Shown here: positions 62,244-64,000 of the stretch, piece by piece | Layout of the letters: the number at the start of each line of letters is the position of its first letter | Position numbering within the stretch: position 1 is the stretch's first letter | NCBI GenBank assembly: GCA_965235115.1 | Contig: OZ249442.1 | Span: 3,410,001-3,474,000 of the forward strand | DNA length: 64,000 nucleotides | Direction: 5' to 3' | Source of the DNA: Laetmonice hystrix | Lineage: Eukaryota | Made by a program: the position numbers and the translations under genes | Notes under the pieces: generated by a model | What the model was told of the DNA's origin: nothing | The model's database searches: none | What the model saw: the letters and a program-made list of their open reading frames with translations, nothing else

Positions 62244-62338
62244 CCAATCAGCATTGAGTATTTATTTTCAGTTGGTGCGCCCCGTCGGTTGAAACGTTAT
62301 TGTAGATTGGACGTCAGTATTTGAGAGCGCATTTTGAA
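62244..62338 (+). promoter_or_regulatory. G2/M-type promoter: CCAAT boxes plus CHR
   Basis: CCAAT 62244-62248, ATTGG 62306-62310, GACGTCA 62310-62316, TTTGAA 62333-62338. Donor AAG|GTTAGT at 62373 and acceptor ttttctgcag at 62505. Confidence 0.6.
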
Positions 62339-62512
62339 AAACCGACAGTGAACGTACGTTAGATTCCTGAAGGTTAGTAAACTAGTCGTCCTAATATCCA
62401 AAACGTTTTCTAATCTAGATCAAATGGTGACCACAACTAACGATAATTGCGTTGTTTCAAAGACCACAGGCACAGTAGCATTTTGAATTTAAAACTTTTC
62501 TGCAGGGAAAGG

Positions 62513-62627
62513 ATGTCCAAAGACACCTTCGACGAGTACGAACCGCTGTCTGGGTGTAAAGCGCCCCAGTTCGTCGACTTCACTGCCCTGCCACTGGGAA
62601 ATGAGGATGAGGCTGACAGCTACTTCG
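62513..62627 (+). CDS. TPX2: TPX2-like first coding exon (Aurora-A-binding N-terminus)
   Basis: MSKDTFDEYEPLSGCKAPQFVDFTALPLGNEDEADSYF+G|gtaagt. AP-x-FVDF and DSYF match the TPX2 DAPSDFINF / DSWF motifs, and the cell-cycle promoter agrees. Confidence 0.72.
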
Positions 62628-62710
62628 GTAAGTCTGAAGTTTGTGTCTCCCTGTCTTCAAATAGTAGATTCTATAATATAGTAGGCTAAGTGTAGGCTAG
62701 TAAGGCAAAG

Positions 62711-62798
62711 TGTCAGATGTAAAAGAGCGTTACATCTGACATTTTTGTTTTACATCAGACATTTTTGTCAGATGTAAAATGGCTTTAACACCTGACAT
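62711..62798. repeat. Cluster of five 13-14-bp motifs in alternating orientation
   Basis: TGTCAGATGTAAAA forward at 62711 and 62766; reverse at about 62728, 62748 and 62785. Confidence 0.85.
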
Positions 62799-64000
62799 TT
62801 TTTCATTTCGCAGACAATAAACAAATATATTGTTGTTTTGTAATACAAGTATAGCCTTATTAGACTTTCAGTTTTAAAACGTTCCCGTTTTGTGGTTCTT
62901 TCTCTCTCTGCGTTTGATATCCAATTTCAGATCCGTACTAAGTACTTGAGGTAAAAATACAAAAGGAGCCAGACATGTTTACAGACGGTTGGCCTGTGTA
63001 TCATTCAAATTACGCGTTACGATATATCAATCAGTCACATTTTTCTGATATACGATCCATATTTCTTCAGGAAAGTAGCTCTGTTGAAATAATCAAAGTA
63101 ATAGTGACAGATTTACTGATGGAAAAACATTGAAATTATACTCTGGAACACATTTGCAATTCATGGAACCTTAGGACACGAAGTTAGCCAAAATCTGAAC
63201 AGGCCGTCAAAAAGGTTTTAGCAGGCCGTTAGACACTTTTAGCAGGCCCTTACAAGTTTGATCAGGCCCTTAATTTATTTTTCAATTTATTGCCCAATTT
63301 TTCAACTTTGAAAATAATTCCCACCTATAGGGTTTGTGCTTGATGAGGGAGTTACGGGCCCGTAGCCAACCCATAATGTTAGGTGGGGCACATTTTCAAA
63401 TTCTGGACTTTTTCAACCAAGAATAAATATATATATCAAACTATGAATTCAGTAAGTTGCCCTTTGTCATTGCAAACTATGATACTCCTCATGGATTAAT
63501 ACTCCCCTTTCTTAGCATTTTAACAAAACACGTACATCAAGCAGCTCATTCCCATCCCAGTGTCATACAAAGACAATGTCAATGGGTGTGAATGCTATCA
63601 ACGCCAACCTGCTGGCTCACTAAACCAAGGGCAGCTGGCCAACCTATAATCAGAGTATTGTTATATTCCGCTCTCCTCCAATAGAAGATTCAAGAAAATA
63701 TATATAGTAGACAGTTATACAAGGCCCAGCTAGTTCAAGTAGCTCTCTTCTGAGCACACGGATCCTCCAAACCAACCCTGACTGGGAGGAATGGGGGAGT
63801 CACTACCACCTGCCCTTATTAGCTACCCTTACATAACGTTCAGTCAGGGCCAGGCGGCAGCCTGACAGACCACCGACTGTGAGGCTGCCACCTTTCTCAT
63901 GGACCTTGAGTACTGGTTACGACCATCATGACCATCTGATAACACCGGACAATCTGTCAGATGTTATTATGCCTCACATCGGACATCAGTAAAAATTGCA

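Noticed and set aside
62814-62855. Second TPX2 coding exon
   Set aside because: The acceptor is phase-compatible (D-N-K-Q) but the frame stops after 13 codons with no convincing donor. Acceptors at 62930 and 63070 hit stops within three codons.

Overview
Eukaryotic, spliced, repeat-rich invertebrate-type DNA (probably a lophotrochozoan or similar animal; inference). Four genes in two head-to-head pairs. (1) A 40-nt first coding exon on the minus strand (36202-36241, MPRRKQIRPKRMK) of a probable teashirt/tiptop-family zinc-finger gene; everything left of it appears to be one >36-kb intron full of unrelated minisatellites and MITEs. (2) A 1426-aa multi-zinc-finger gene (39371-43651, +) whose stop codon lies inside a 92/80-bp tandem array. 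(3) Anamorsin/CIAPIN1 (six coding exons, 51117-53600, -, 310 aa). (4) The first coding exon of a probable TPX2 (62513-62627, +) behind a CCAAT/CHR promoter. Upstream of the anamorsin coding exons lie a 5'-truncated L2/Crack-like LINE and a near-intact full-length CR1 LINE. Best leads: a chain of UAAUG-linked mini-ORFs repeating a CtBP-type motif downstream of the zinc-finger stop; a histone-H4-like tail segment in that protein; an in-frame -1 slippery heptamer in the CR1 ORF1/ORF2 overlap; three CAGG-ended TIR elements with 5-bp target duplications; and a duplicated anamorsin splice acceptor. No rRNA, tRNA or CRISPR array was recognised. All gene identities come from remembered family motifs, not database searches.
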